A DNA stretch of 64,000 nucleotides from Marsupella aquatica (GCA_973895155.1 OZ316891.1:28091145-28155144), one strand, 5' to 3'. Positions 50,260-63,180 are shown, numbered from the stretch's first letter. Numbers and translations: made by a program. The notes: generated from the letters alone by a model not told the origin.

Positions 50260-50690
50260 GCTTCTGCGGCACCAACACGGGGCCCTGGACTGTGCCACCG
50301 GGCCAGCCGGGTCCCGGTCCACATAGGCCGGGGGGGCCCAGCTCGCGCCGGTGACAGGCACGTAAGCACCCCTCGCGGGTCACGCTGACGTGTGGGCCCG
50401 GTAACTCCCCGACCAGGTGCGCCTCTTTCCTGATTGGCGCAGCCACCTGCTCCGCAGCCAATCAGGTCGCGCCGCCCGGCCCGAAGTAGATCGTCCGCGC
50501 TTGCGGGGCCCGCCGGAAAGAAAGATGCCGAATGTGAGAAGACGAAGAGCGCACGGGGACGGGCCCAGCCAGAAAGAAGGCCGCCCTTCTTTTCCTTTCG
50601 CAGAGGCCCTCTAGAAAGGAGAAAGATTTTGCTCCTGTGCGGGACCCGCCTGGCCCGAAAGAACGGCGCCCTTGTTTCCTTTCTGGTGGG
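50260..50690 (-). promoter_or_regulatory. GC/CpG-rich putative promoter of the pectate lyase-like gene
   Basis: Sharp GC-rich island with inverted CCAAT boxes (CTGATTGGC..GCCAATCAG), TGACGTGT and TGGGCC-like motifs. A minus-strand GTAAG donor near 50080 suggests a 5'UTR intron. Confidence 0.5.
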
Positions 50691-50784
50691 ATTGATACTC
50701 AACCAGGGCTTTTCTTAATTAATGTTGGACCATAGAGTAATTTAATGAAGGGGACTTTACAAGGATTACCTTTCAGCCACTTCT

Positions 50785-50950
50785 TCTTTTCCTCGACTCA
50801 TATGTCATACTTCGTTTTCTCGATGCAGATTTCATCCCAACAGTTAGTTTGAGGTGTAAGGTCATTTTCTTTTTCTAGACTTGTATGTCATCCTTCTTTT
50901 TCTAGATGCAGATTTCATCCCAACAGTTAGTTTGAGGTGTAAGATCATTT
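50785..50950 (+). repeat. Direct duplication of ~83 bp
   Basis: GATGCAGATTTCATCCCAACAGTTAGTTTGAGGTGTAAG occurs twice. Confidence 0.85.
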
Positions 50951-53900
50951 TTGGCTGTACAAGATTTATGGTGGCCTTTTAAGGTTTGGTTTGCCCAAGC
51001 CTATATGGGAGTTGGCGGGTTCTGATGAGTAAAGGCTGAATCGTGACTCATACTCTATTGTTGTGGTCCAAACTTTACCTTTGCTCACTCAATCTCGTGG
51101 AAGTGGATTGATTGTACTCCCCACACAGGCCCCTTAACTGGAGTCTGGCCTGGAAGCCTATAGACTTTAGGCTGAAAATGGCTTGCTCAATTTGGTCTGA
51201 CAAAATTACTACTTCCCATCCAGTCATTCTTGTAAAGTGTCCCCAATGAAGTCATTGTGGTCCCATGCAAGCTTGTCAAAAGTGGTCTCAGAAACCACAT
51301 CAAAATATGACATATATGATCTACGACATCCCTCCATACCATGATAAATCTCCTTATTTTCTTTAAATCAATGAGTGCACATAGTATATAACACATTTTG
51401 ATATGTGACTACTTGCAGGGCATAGGTAGTCATGCCTGACTCGTATTATCTACACTGTTAGATCTTCCAGAGTTCACGGTTATCAACAAGAGTGACCAGG
51501 CAAGTTTCTAATGAAGGAAGACAAGTGGCAAGTTGGTCCCACTCTCTCACATCTTTTTCCTTTGTATTATTGTTGGAGGTAATGTGGCCAAATTGAGGTG
51601 AACTACTCAGGTTTCAAATAGGGGCTGAAACTTCCAGAAGGGCTAGGGAGAGAGCAGTTTACCAGAGCAGAATGAGACAACTAGAATAAGACAACTTTGA
51701 GTTCACACGTACCACTGCCCACAACCTCAACCAATTTAACTTGATTTGGGTTGGTCCAAGAATTTACAGTTACTTCATTTTTTGAGCTTAACAGTAGTGA
51801 CGAATCACAGCTAGCACAGATTTTGGGTACAATCTTGCAAAAATTCACATAAAAATACACTGTACTCAACCTCTGCTAAGAGAACCCCCACAAGTGGAAC
51901 TAATATGGATGCCATTTGTTGAGCTAGAAGTGAGGGCTTATATGGGAACTGGCTAAGGAAAAAAAGAATCCAACAAGCTGTATACAGGCAACAACTAGCT
52001 TGTGAAAATCAGGGAGAGTCATATTAGATTTGATTTTGCAGAAACTAGGCTAGCTTGAGAGAGTATAAGAAGACTTAAATTCAAGAGAGTTGAGGAGGTG
52101 CTGTAAAATTTTGTGTTGCGTGAAGTTGTATGTGTGATGCAAATAAACTGGTATGAGGCATTCAAACAATGCATCTGAAGTTGAGTGAATTTCTCAGTTA
52201 TAAGTTGATGCAGGTTTGTTTGCAACATATAAGACCTGATGAGTCCAGGCAGCACCAGACCTACTCCAGTAACCAAACCCAACAACTAAAATGCAAAAAG
52301 TCAAGTCCAATGCATTCACTTTCATGCTTTTGGATTTTCAGGCACTTTGTTTCTTAATTTATTGGAACTATGGTTTTGGTTTTCTGTTGGGTTTGTTGCT
52401 GGCTTTCAGGATTATAATCTATGGTGGTGTGAAGCTGATTGCTTAAGGAAAATATCAAGTACGTAAGGGTTGGGGCTGAGTTTCAATTGACCATGACTGC
52501 TAACCTCGCTGCTAACTACTGTACAATAGTGCCATCCTTATTTGCGTAGGAGCTGCTCCAAAAGTTAATATTTTTTTCCATTTTAAGGAATAACTCAAGG
52601 CCGGAGTATTATTCTCTTGCTTTTGATTTTGATTTTTAAAACTGTCAGTGTAACACCAGGATGCTTGGATTATTCCTAAAATTTGTATGACAAAATTATT
52701 CCTAGGTTTCACAAAACCCCCAATATATCTTCTTAGTCAGGCCCCAGCTTTGAGTACTTCTTCATTTATTGCACAAACCAAGATGACACTACTGTAAACT
52801 AAAGCAGACTGTTGTCAAACTGGGCATTTGGTCCTTACGTAATAAAGCCGATTAACCTGTGGAGTAGATTTCTAAACAAGCCAAAAGTATGAGATAGAAA
52901 CTCATCCAGAGTTAGAACAAATATAGTAAATATTTTGAAAACTAAAAGCTCGTACTTTCATAGGTGCCAGCAAACAAACCTGCCCAAACACCACGTACTA
53001 GATTTCACTAGATTGCCACCTTTTTGGTCAAATATCCAGACTTGCCATACTTTTTAGAATAATATTTACAATACCACTTTTTTGTCATGGGTAATGTGAT
53101 ACCTTGGATACAGAAGATCCTACACCCTGAGATTGCCACATTGTGGTATTTGAGAGTTCGCATGACCTTGGAGCATAGGGGCGCCAAGCATGAGGGCAAA
53201 TGAGGGCACTTGGGAAATAAGGAGGCGAGGATGGTGGTGAAATTTGCATGGAGAGCGGAACATGCCGAAGCGGACCAGTAGTTTGGGGTGTGAATCCAAC
53301 CCGAGGGCAATGGAAACCTTGGGATGATTTGATGTGACAATCTCAAGGCTAGCCAATCTTGATCTCTTGTGACTATCCAGGGTCAGATCATTTACTAGTC
53401 ATGACAAAAGGAAAAGTGACATTATAATTTAAGAATCTAACTAGTACAGTGCATTCAAAAGCTACTCTTTAGGCCTAGTGTCTAGAGTGAAGTCTCTAGA
53501 CCTTGCCTCTAACTGAGGGCATCTGAAAGTGAGGGTGTAGACAAAAAAGGGGATGGGGTCACTCAAGGCATAATTGAAAGTATGGGCAAAATGAACAGGA
53601 AATAACATGGAATCCTTTTTTCCTTCAAGCTTGTTTCTCAATCATCTTTATTTATTCTCAAAAGAACACTGTGCCATGGCAATTTGTTCAAAATGAAATT
53701 TGGGTCCGGTGACAAAAAACACATTTGGACTGGAATGCAACGTCTTTGTAATATTGTCCGGGTGCTGTGTTGTGAGTTGGATCCTGTGTTTGATTTTTGA
53801 CACTAAACTATTCTACATTGAGCACAAACAATACAAAATTCATGAATCATATAACAATGTCAAATATTTGAACACAATGCCCTGCAAGTACAAAAAATGA

Positions 53901-54090
53901 AAATACATGGTCATAACTTGAATACAACACCCCAGGGGCATTATTCAAATAGAGTGCCCCATTGTCCATTATCAAAAACCCCGGGGCACTCTTCAAACAG
54001 AGCACCCCTTTGTCCACTATTCGGATACATGGTCATGGAACTGGGTTAGGGGGAAGTCTAGTAAACCGAGACACCAAGGATTGCTCTCCA

Positions 54091-54617
54091 GTTTGCATAA
54101 TTCTGGACAAAGGACAACCCTCAGTAGTGTAATTGGTTTGCATAATTCTGGACAATGGACAACCCTCAGTAGTGTAAGTGGTTTGCATAATTCTGGACAA
54201 CGAGCCCTATACCAGTGAGTTCCAGTGTGCAAGGAGGGCCAGCCCATAGGGAGTAGGGCCGGCCCATAGGGAGTCGGGCCAGGGCATTTATGGGGCAGTG
54301 GGAAGCACATATGTACCAGGGGTGCACATTTACTCCATCAATGTTAAGGGAAAATAGCTAATCGAATCCAAGTGCTGTGGATCTTTCCCGCCCTGGAGTT
54401 CTTTTGTATTGGGTCGAAACAAGAAAAAAGAGGTCACTTATTATAGTTGTAGATGGACAACTCTTAGTACTCTAATTGGTTTGCATAATCCTGGTCAATG
54501 GACAACCCTTAGTATTGTAATTGGTTTGCATAATTCTGGACAATGAGCAGCCCTTAGTATTGTAACTGGTTTGCATAATTCAGGACATGGACAACCCGTA
54601 GTAGTGTAATTGGTTTG
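54091..54617 (+). repeat. 45-bp minisatellite in two clusters upstream of UGlyAH
   Basis: GTTTGCATAAT at 54091, 54136, 54181 and at 54479, 54524, 54569, with an unrelated ~250-bp stretch between the clusters. Confidence 0.9.
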
Positions 54618-54830
54618 GAATTGAGACTTCGAGCGAGAAACGTACATGATCCTCCCCTTGTGGAAAACGGGAAGAATGATCATGAAAACAGAGGCGACGA
54701 CAACGTGCAGAAGAGGAGGCAAAGGGAAAAAGCAAAGCATGGAGATGATCATCTAACGAGAGCAACGACGCAAGCCAGTGAGAGAAGGAAGGAAGACACG
54801 GAATCCACGCATTTGCCCAATTTTTAGGCT

Positions 54831-57800
54831 ATGGCAATGGCCTTCTACAGCCTTGTTGCGAGAGAGAAGCTCCGTTCGGTTCCTCTCATGCTGTTTCTGG
54901 TCTCCGCCGTGTCGGTCTGGACGAACGTGCGCTCGTCTGAGGCCTCGTATTGCGTGAAGGACACTGGTATGTGTGTTGTTGCAACACTGCAGGACGAAAT
55001 TTCCCGCACTGCAAATTTCCATCCTAGGCTCGCAGGCTGGCTGACCGGCTGCTTGAATGTTTGCTGTTTTTCTGAGTCATCGATCGTACGGGAAGGAGTT
55101 TGCAATGCCCAGAAAGGAATCAATGCTCACATTCTTGTGAGTTTGATTATATTGTAGTAACAGAGCAGGGAGTTTTGGGTCTCTATCTTTTTATTTAGTG
55201 CAATTTTGGAAAATTGGGGCTCTGATCATGTGAGGGCAAGGATAGTGTAAAAGGGATCGACGGATTGGAAGGAATGGATTCGTGGCAGGAATTGTTTTTG
55301 ATTTGTATTTCGATGAAGGGGATGGAATTGACTCGAGGAAAGTTGGGAATCCTGTGGGCTTTGAAATGGCGATGATATATTTCTAGCACTTAGGAATTTT
55401 CCGTAGTGTTGGCCGGGCTCTTTCAAGGTTGAGCTTGGAATTTGATGAATTGTTTTTCACATTTGAAATGCGCTTCGAATCCCCCTTTCTCATGGCTTTT
55501 GTTATTTTCTTTCTTCATTGGCTTTTGGGGTCGCTGATCTCCCATGACGGAGAGGTTCTTGATTTCTTTTGACGCTCGGGGCCTTTGTAAGCAACACTCG
55601 CGTCGCATATCCTTGGTTTCATTTTAACGAAGACCTCGTTTGTCCAAATCGGGGAATTTCAACTGACATCAGCCAACTTTCTTGGAGGTACAGGAGTAGT
55701 AGCAGAAGGGGGATGCGAGGCTTTCGACAACTGTGGACTTGTAGAAGGACACAACATCTACTTAAAAGTAACAGAACCTACTCTTGCTGGAATTCATTTA
55801 CAAGGTGGGCATCTCTACTACTTTTCTGCCAACTAATACTGCCGCTTGAGTGCATTTCCTACATCACTGGCTATTTGAGTCCAGATTTTAAGCCTAGGAA
55901 AGCTTCACAATTAATGAGATACTCACTTCACTCTGCGATGGTTTTAGCAGTAAGAGTGAAAGAGCCATTGAATGACTGGAAAATAAATCTAACGATGTTA
56001 GCAGAAACCACGAGATTCCATTGTTCTTCTTTCTGGACTCCTATCTCAGAAACTCAATATGTTTGTGTTATTTCTTTTCAGACCTGCCTGGTTTCACTCG
56101 GAGTGTTTATGAGCGTGACTATGCACTTATCACCCCGGAGAGCCAAGTGTATAGTCCAATTCCTGGCTGGTAAGTATCATTAAGTTGACTTCGGAAGCTT
56201 TGAAAGATGGTTGCTAATATTGATTCCTAGAAAATATACCCACAGCGTCATCTGGAAGGCAACAATCACTAATTCTTAGCTTTCTTCTTTGGCAGGACCA
56301 ATACATTGGGGGCTTATCTCGTCACTCCAGCAATTGGTTCACATTTTAATATGTATTTCGCTAAGATGGGAGGTATATAGCTTGTGCCCCACTCATGCAA
56401 TCTTGTTCGTCCTGAGTAGATTTTCCTTAAGACCAGAACCAAAAGTTTCGATAGCTTCTGAGCTGTTCAAGTACTGTGGACGACAGGAGTAGTGTCATTG
56501 TCTAATGTTTGACATGTTGGAGAACTGAACAAAAAAACTGAAACCCTCAGGGAAGGAAGGGACCTGATTTTCTTGTCAGTCTCAGCCAGACGAGGTCTAT
56601 GTGCCTAATTCGTGGTCCAGTTACCTGCAGGCAATTCTTCATCTGCTCAACCTTCTGATAATGTCGAAAGGTAGACCACTGCATTGAATATTGGACTGCG
56701 CCTTCCTCGTTTAAGTTGTTTCTGTTTCCAGCAATTGCATTGAATCAACTTTGACCATATCTGTGAGAGGCTGGGCAGTTCTTCGGTTATTGCAGTTTGG
56801 TTGATCTTTTATAATTTTCTGCCAGGTTCATTTTTGTGGTACAAGGCGGTGTCCAGCTCAAGACGGAAGAGTTTGGGGATCCAGTAACATATCATATTGG
56901 GGTATGTAAGATATTAAACTTTTCATTTGCTTCATATTCCCCTTAATTATAAGTGTGTGTTTTAGGGTTGAAGATGCCCATCACTTAAATCGTTTCGCCA
57001 TTTGAGGGCAAATCTAAACAAGCAGCAAAGATTTCACCTCTGGGATATAGGAACTGATCGCTCTTCTGGTTGTGACAGGTGGACGGCTTTGCATACTTGC
57101 CTGGACACACAAGTCACGTGATATATTCCGTTGCATCGTCCACCCTCATCGTGTTTGAGAGAAGGTGTGTATATAGAGTAACTCGATCAACACAAAGGCT
57201 TTCATGCCCATTCTTTTTATCACCTGGCAAGTTTATGTTTTGTGGGTGTTCATTGTATCATGGAAAAGTGTAGGGGGGCATAAGTGTCTGTCCTTGTCCC
57301 ATTGAAATATCCCTGCGATCAGCCTAGAAGCATAGAAGTAACTGGAGGTCCGTCCATCTTGAATGCATTATGTCCCACTAACTTGGAAACGTGTTCCATC
57401 AAGGTATCTGAAAGGAAGCAATTATGAACCAAAGCTCATTGTTGGCTACACTGACGAGCAACCTCTCTTAGATACACCTGGGGAGGTGAGTAACATGGTA
57501 GACACTGTTGTCAAACCTCTGCTTCTGTCCATGCCTAATAAATAGAGATGCTGAAGGATTGTTGCGACGAAACTTCTAGTAAAGTTGGATGGTGGATTGC
57601 ACCAGTTAAACTGCGTGGATACCGAATGAACGTCAATATCTAGTCGTATAAGGCTTTTGTGTGTTCCCTTTGTGTGTTCCTTTTGTGTGTTTTTGTAGTG
57701 CTGGTAGGGAAGTTGAGAGATTGCTTGATGTTCTTGTAGGTATTTTCTCTTCGGAAACTGTTACCCAGCAGCTCTACATACGACTTTAACATCCATGTAA

Positions 57801-58734
57801 GTTACTTTCATCCTCTGCAGCATGAAGAAAAATACGCACAATTGTGGGGTAGGCATGAGTTGGAAATGGTAATTTGTAAACTTACGATATCATTTTAAGT
57901 GTTAGATTAGTTTCAGTTTTGCGAGGATCCTATCTAAGAAAACCATGTTGGGGAGAGGATGTACACATTCGTCTCCCAAAGGCTAACTTTGTGATCCTCG
58001 TATGGTGTTTTGGCTGAGCAGGTGATGGATTTCCAACCTGGGGAATACTTGAATGTGAAGGTGAGTTATTTTTGCCAAGGCTTTAGTACGTTGATCAACT
58101 GTTTCATTTAAGTGACAGATGCCTTAACTTTCCTTTGATGGCTTCTTGGTATGGTGTTTGGAGCAGGAGGTGCACTACAACCAACACGGACTTGTCTTGC
58201 TAGAAGGCCGTGGTATTTACCGGCTTGGAAAAGACTGGTACTTCCACCTCCTTTCTGCAAGATGTCAAAGGGCAATCACAGAGTATTGTAAAGAGTCAGC
58301 TAAATTTGTACTGTTACCAAGTGGTTGTGAGTAGGAAGGAGTATCTCTGTTGAAACAACGAGAGCTACTGCTGTCCTGTTGACAGTAAACCCGCTCATGA
58401 CCCAGATGGCCAGATTGATAAATGTTGTCTTGACTGAATGTAGGCATCCTGTTCAAGCTGGCGATGTTATCTGGATGGCTCCATTTGTTCCACAATGGTA
58501 AATAACCTTCCAAACACTCTGTTAACTATAGTCGCGCTTTTATTCAGTAGATATCTGTCATATGACCTGCCCGAGCTCTTCAGAAATCTTACATTGACCA
58601 AACGTATTTCTTCATGGGGATGATTTTTAAAATTTGGCTCTATTCTCTGCAGGTATGCAGCTCTGGGGCGAACCCGGTCTCGGTACCTTCTTTACAAGGA
58701 TGTTAATCGAGATCCTCTTCTCCATCCTTACTGA
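54831..58734 (+). CDS. UGLYAH: (S)-ureidoglycine aminohydrolase, 13 exons
   Basis: Exons 54831-54966, 55694-55804, 56082-56169, 56296-56372, 56631-56670, 56826-56901, 57079-57164, 57404-57485, 57740-57796, 58022-58060, 58167-58237, 58444-58497 and 58653-58734 join in frame with GT-AG. Motifs DLPGFTRSVY, YDFNIHVMDFQPGEYLNVKEVHYNQHG, GDVIWMAPFVPQWYAALG and RYLLYKDVNRDP. Hydrophobic N-terminal segment. Confidence 0.95.
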
Positions 58735-59765
58735 GGAATAGATGTGACACAACTAGATGGAGTTGTGGTTGATGGTTCCGTTTAAGAACCTGGATGTCTG
58801 TCTAGGCGTGTAGTCAGGTAGTCAGGAATACTAATTAAGCCAGCTAGAGGCTTCGAAGTAGCTGGAGTTTTAACTGCTGAGGGTGCCTGCAAGAAATGCT
58901 TATCAGTGTGCCGTGATTCTCATAATTGCAGTCTGTTCATAATTTGCTCCCCTTTGATGTGCATAAAAGAGTTCAAAGAGGAAAGGACAATTTAGTAAAG
59001 CCAAGAGATTGCATGGGTGTTGATATATTTGATATGTGCAAAGATCTTTAAGACTTCGTTTAGGATGCTGCGCACATCCATGGAAAGCTAAAATTGAGCA
59101 ATTCACATGCATTCCAATTTGCTGCATCTGGTTGGCTAGGAGTATCACCGATGAAGGTAAAGCTGACCACTTTAATTGATACCCAACTCATTGTAAAACT
59201 GAGATTTGTTTGTCAAGTGGGCTAAGGTAATCACTTCTATTCTCGCCAGTGACTTCAGCGCAGTATAATCAGCTATTGCCACAACTGGTTTGCTTAGGAT
59301 AATCCCAAGATTCCAATAACCGCAGTTTTGAAACTTTTGTCAGTCACTATAACATGCAATCCCACCAAATCTTCAGTGCATTCTGTTTACTTAATGCACT
59401 CCGTGGAAAAATCAGGAAGGGCATCAAGGATACAGGAAAGTTTTGATTATGGGCAATAATAGCCCCTTAAGACTAGAGCTAAGCTCTTGTTTTGGGGGGC
59501 ATTATATCCCAAAATGCCTTCCACACACGACTTTATTTTGTACAAAAAGTAAAATGGACTTAAATGGGCAGCAACGGATCCTGGCTGTTCTCCCTATGAA
59601 TAGCTGTTCTCCCTACGAATAGCTGTTCTCCCTATGAAACCTTTGTGCGTGACTGTTGGATTTGCCTAAAACCCACCCTGCAGGCCTGCCCTTGGTCCAG
59701 TCCGTGGCCCTTGCCACTCTGCACCCGGTCTCCCTGCACGCAAGGCTGCCTGCCTGGATCTACTA

Positions 59766-60122
59766 GGGCGTCTCAATTATGGAAAAAAAAAATCAAACAT
59801 GGGCAACCCGAGATGCAGTCGGGCGCACCGAGACAGGGTTGATGCGGGCCAAGAAATTTTGGGGTAGATAATTCTGAGACGGGTCGCGGGTGGAGATGCC
59901 GCAGAGTCGACGAGACGCTGCTCCCTGTGCTATTTTGCACGAAGGACTAATCGCTGTGCTGTTTTGCATGAAAGGCTAATCATGGTCGGGCGGGGGTGTA
60001 AATTTCCCGGGCATGACTGGTCGGGCACCACAATTGGTGCTCGACCAGTCCTGTCCGGAGGCCCGGGCGCCGATACTCCTGGGCGCTGAAATTTCCCGCA
60101 ACTGACCATATATGAGACGCCC
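59766..60122. mobile_element. MITE-like element with GGGCGTCTCA TIRs
   Basis: TA|GGGCGTCTCAATTATGG ... CCATATATGAGACGCCC|TA, the same termini as 25335-25499. Confidence 0.7.
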
Positions 60123-60389
60123 TACTGTAAGTCACTTCTCCAAGGGGAAGGGGAGGCTCTTGCCCTCCCTGATACATCCCAGCAGTTCGGCCTCCCTTGT
60201 GTGGGAGGCCCCAGGGGTATCTCACATGGGGAGGGGAAGGAGAGAATGGGGAGGGCGAGGAAAAAAAGGGGGGAAAAAAAAGGAAACATTTGGAAGTATT
60301 TTGCCATCCTTGCCCCTGAGGAAAGGTAGGAATGTTCTCAAAGAGCTGGAAAAAAAAGGAAACGTTTGGAAATAGTTTGCCTTCCTTGC

Positions 60390-61134
60390 TGTGAGAGATG
60401 CGATTGCTCAGGTTCTCTCTGGCTCTTTGGTCAGCATGCGGCGGGAGGTGGTGCTCAAGTTACCTGGTCCTCCATCACAGCGGTTACGGGTGGATCTTAC
60501 CATGGTCCGTGAGGGTCAACGTACTTGGGCAGATGTAGTAGTGGCAAACCCATTGCGCCAAGACATCATTGGGTCAGCGGCAACAACGGCAGGGGCAGCG
60601 GCATCACGAGCAGCAACAACGAAGGAGGCCAAATATGCTGCCCGAGCTTCATCTGATACCTTCCTCCCCCTTGCTCTTGAGATATTTGGGCATCTCCACC
60701 ATCAATTCGACGGGCTTCTTCGACAAGTTGCTCGGGATGTTCATGGTCGGATGGGTCCCACCGGACCCCCACTATCTGTTTTGACCACGCACTTTCGCCA
60801 ACGCATTTCAGTCACCTTACAGCGTGCTCAAGCTCGGGCCATCCATCGTCGATCTTTGACAGTGGGTGCTAGTGTGCCTCCGCAGCGGCTAGCCCCCCTG
60901 GAAGACATTCCAGTCCCACTTGCCGATTTAGTTTCGACACTTGATGTGGACCATTAGCTGTTAGCCCCATTAGCTACGAATGATAAGGACCTCGGTCCAT
61001 TTGCAGTCTTTTTAGTTCCCCTTTCTTGGTTCTTAGAGGGTTCCTTTTGATCTTGGTTTTGCCCACTTGGGACCTATTTTGTTTATTCTTTTCTAATCTG
61101 TTTGGCCCTTTTTGTATAAACTTTGTGTATATTT
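60390..61134 (+). mobile_element. 5'-truncated CRE-like non-LTR retroelement; endonuclease frame open (60391-60957); 8-bp TSD
   Basis: RDAIAQ..RRE..RLRVDL..ADVVVANP..AAASRAATTKEAKY..FLPLALEIFG..RQRISVTLQRAQA fits a restriction-like endonuclease domain. TTCCTTGC flanks both sides (60382-60389 and 61135-61142). Confidence 0.85.
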
Positions 61135-61186
61135 TTCCTTGCCCCTGAGGAAAGGTAGAAATGTTCTCAAATAGCTTCTTAAGGGG

Positions 61187-61470
61187 TTGCACTACTCGCT
61201 ACTTCAGGTTCTTAACGGGTTGCACTACTCGCTAATCCACCTCTCTCACATGGGGAGGTGCTCTCCGCCCCACCATTATGCACTACTCGCTAATCCACCT
61301 CTCTCAATGGGGAGGTGCTCTCCACCCCACCATTATGCACTACTCGCTATTCCACCTCTCTCAATGGGGAGGTGCTCTCCACCCCACCATTATGCGATCT
61401 TAATGGGTCGCACTACTCGCTATTCCACCTCTCACATGGGGAGGTGCTCTGCACCCCACCATTATGCAAT
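61187..61470 (+). repeat. ~57-bp minisatellite
   Basis: GCACTACTCGCTA.TCCACCTCTC..ATGGGGAGGTGCTCT..CCCCACCATTATGC at ~61222, 61280, 61337 and 61410. Confidence 0.9.
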
Positions 61471-63180
61471 TTACTCGAGAGCTCTACCAGACTTTTACAG
61501 TAGAGTTTGTCTTTTTTTCTCCCAGCTTTGGGGGGATTGTCGGTTTTTGTCATTGTTTCTTGGTTATGATAGAGGGACGGCATTGTCAGGCCTCTTGGGT
61601 TTTCTTGGGCCCCTTCACACTTCTGTTTCCTTCCCACTTCTGTTTCCTTCCCTTTATTGGGTTGCTGTGCCTTTGAGACCTCTATCCAGGTTTGGCGTTT
61701 TTGCCTTTTGACACGTTAATGTATAATGTCAATATCTTCTTACTGAAGAAGCTTCATGATTAAACATCCGGGTGCAAGAATTCGATTCCAAGCTCTGCTG
61801 CAGTTCTCTTCATGGGATGACATTCCGTCATGTTACACAGTAGAAAGCGCAGGACTACATTACCAAGAAACACTTCCGTTGTCGTCGACTGTTCGCTTCA
61901 TTTGCTCCCAAAGACTGGAGCGTTTGGGTGAGTATTGAATCGCTTCGAAGTTTCTATGAGACGGGGATTAGATGACAAGGCTCAAATCTGTTCCAGACAA
62001 ACTGCAGAATTGTCCTGCTCATTTCAGAGATCCAGGCAGGAAGGGAGGCATCAGTGACAAGCTGTAATTTGTAATTGGGACCTTAGCTTCCACTGAAACC
62101 CAAAGTATCTTCTCAATTAAGCTCAGACCTCAAAACTTCTCTAGGTTCGAAACTTGGAAGAAATTTACGACCCTTTTACCTTACCTAAGCTTGCAGCCTG
62201 ATGTTCTGTTTGCCAAACACAAACATACAATTATGTACTTCTGCTGGAGCAGGCCTCTTGGGAAGGCTTCAATCTACCGTGCAAAGAAGAAAAATCAGCA
62301 AAGCATTTTGCACCAAACCCACCAGGTGAACCAGAAGACTCAGATCAACGATTCAACCCGCGATTAATAGCAGCAAATCGTTATTGAGTGGGACACTGAA
62401 AGAACAGGGCAGAACAGAGATGATACGATGTCCACCTTTTACTACCTTAAAAGCGTGGAGCACCTCCACGGCGGATCTGGACTACGCCCCAACAAATGAA
62501 TGTACTTAACGAACTGCTGGAGTCCTTGCAAACTGGCATCTCTCTAACTGAGCGCCTGCAATGAATGGGTGGATGGGCGGCTTTTTTCCGGCCAAGTCCT
62601 ACCTAACAAGATCATGACACTGCCAAAACGCTAGTTTTGATTGATTGCAGACGGTCATCAAATGACTTGGAAGAGTCTCGTAGTTCAGGTTTCACTGGGC
62701 ACATCATTGCTACTCTCTTTCTATCCTCGCAATCCGGAAACACAGGGCACGGCATTTCCTTACAAGACCATACGATGACATGACATTTTTCAAGCAGGCT
62801 ATGGTCGGAATGTCAACGTATGACTGCACGTGATGTGTGTTCAACGAGAAGTCACATCTTGAAGTGTGATGGAGCTTTGTTTCCAGTAATTTACATGATG
62901 CCCGAGTAGATCCTCCAGATTTGAACGGCGAACAGCTACTCTGATCCAATCCGACCGCGGCCACAAAACCTTGTTTGACCCCTCCTTCCAGGCTGGACAG
63001 TCCAGTCGAGACATGAGGCTGAAAGGGTTGAAGAAAAAACCCACTCGCCCCATGACGACGTTTACTCAGCTTTCCCAGGACAAATTGCATTCTTATGAAC
63101 AATTGAAAGGAAATCAGATTGGGAGAACCTTTACAATGACGGAAAAGCAGCAGCAGAAAAAGGGACAAGCGGCGTGCGGA

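Noticed and set aside
49519-50718. Overlapping 100-200-aa ORFs
   Set aside because: Explained by GC-rich and (CAG/CAA)n sequence in the 5' region of the pectate lyase gene.
51020-52260. Hammerhead ribozyme cores (CTGATGAG at ~51022 and ~52236)
   Set aside because: No stem II followed by GAAA at a suitable distance.
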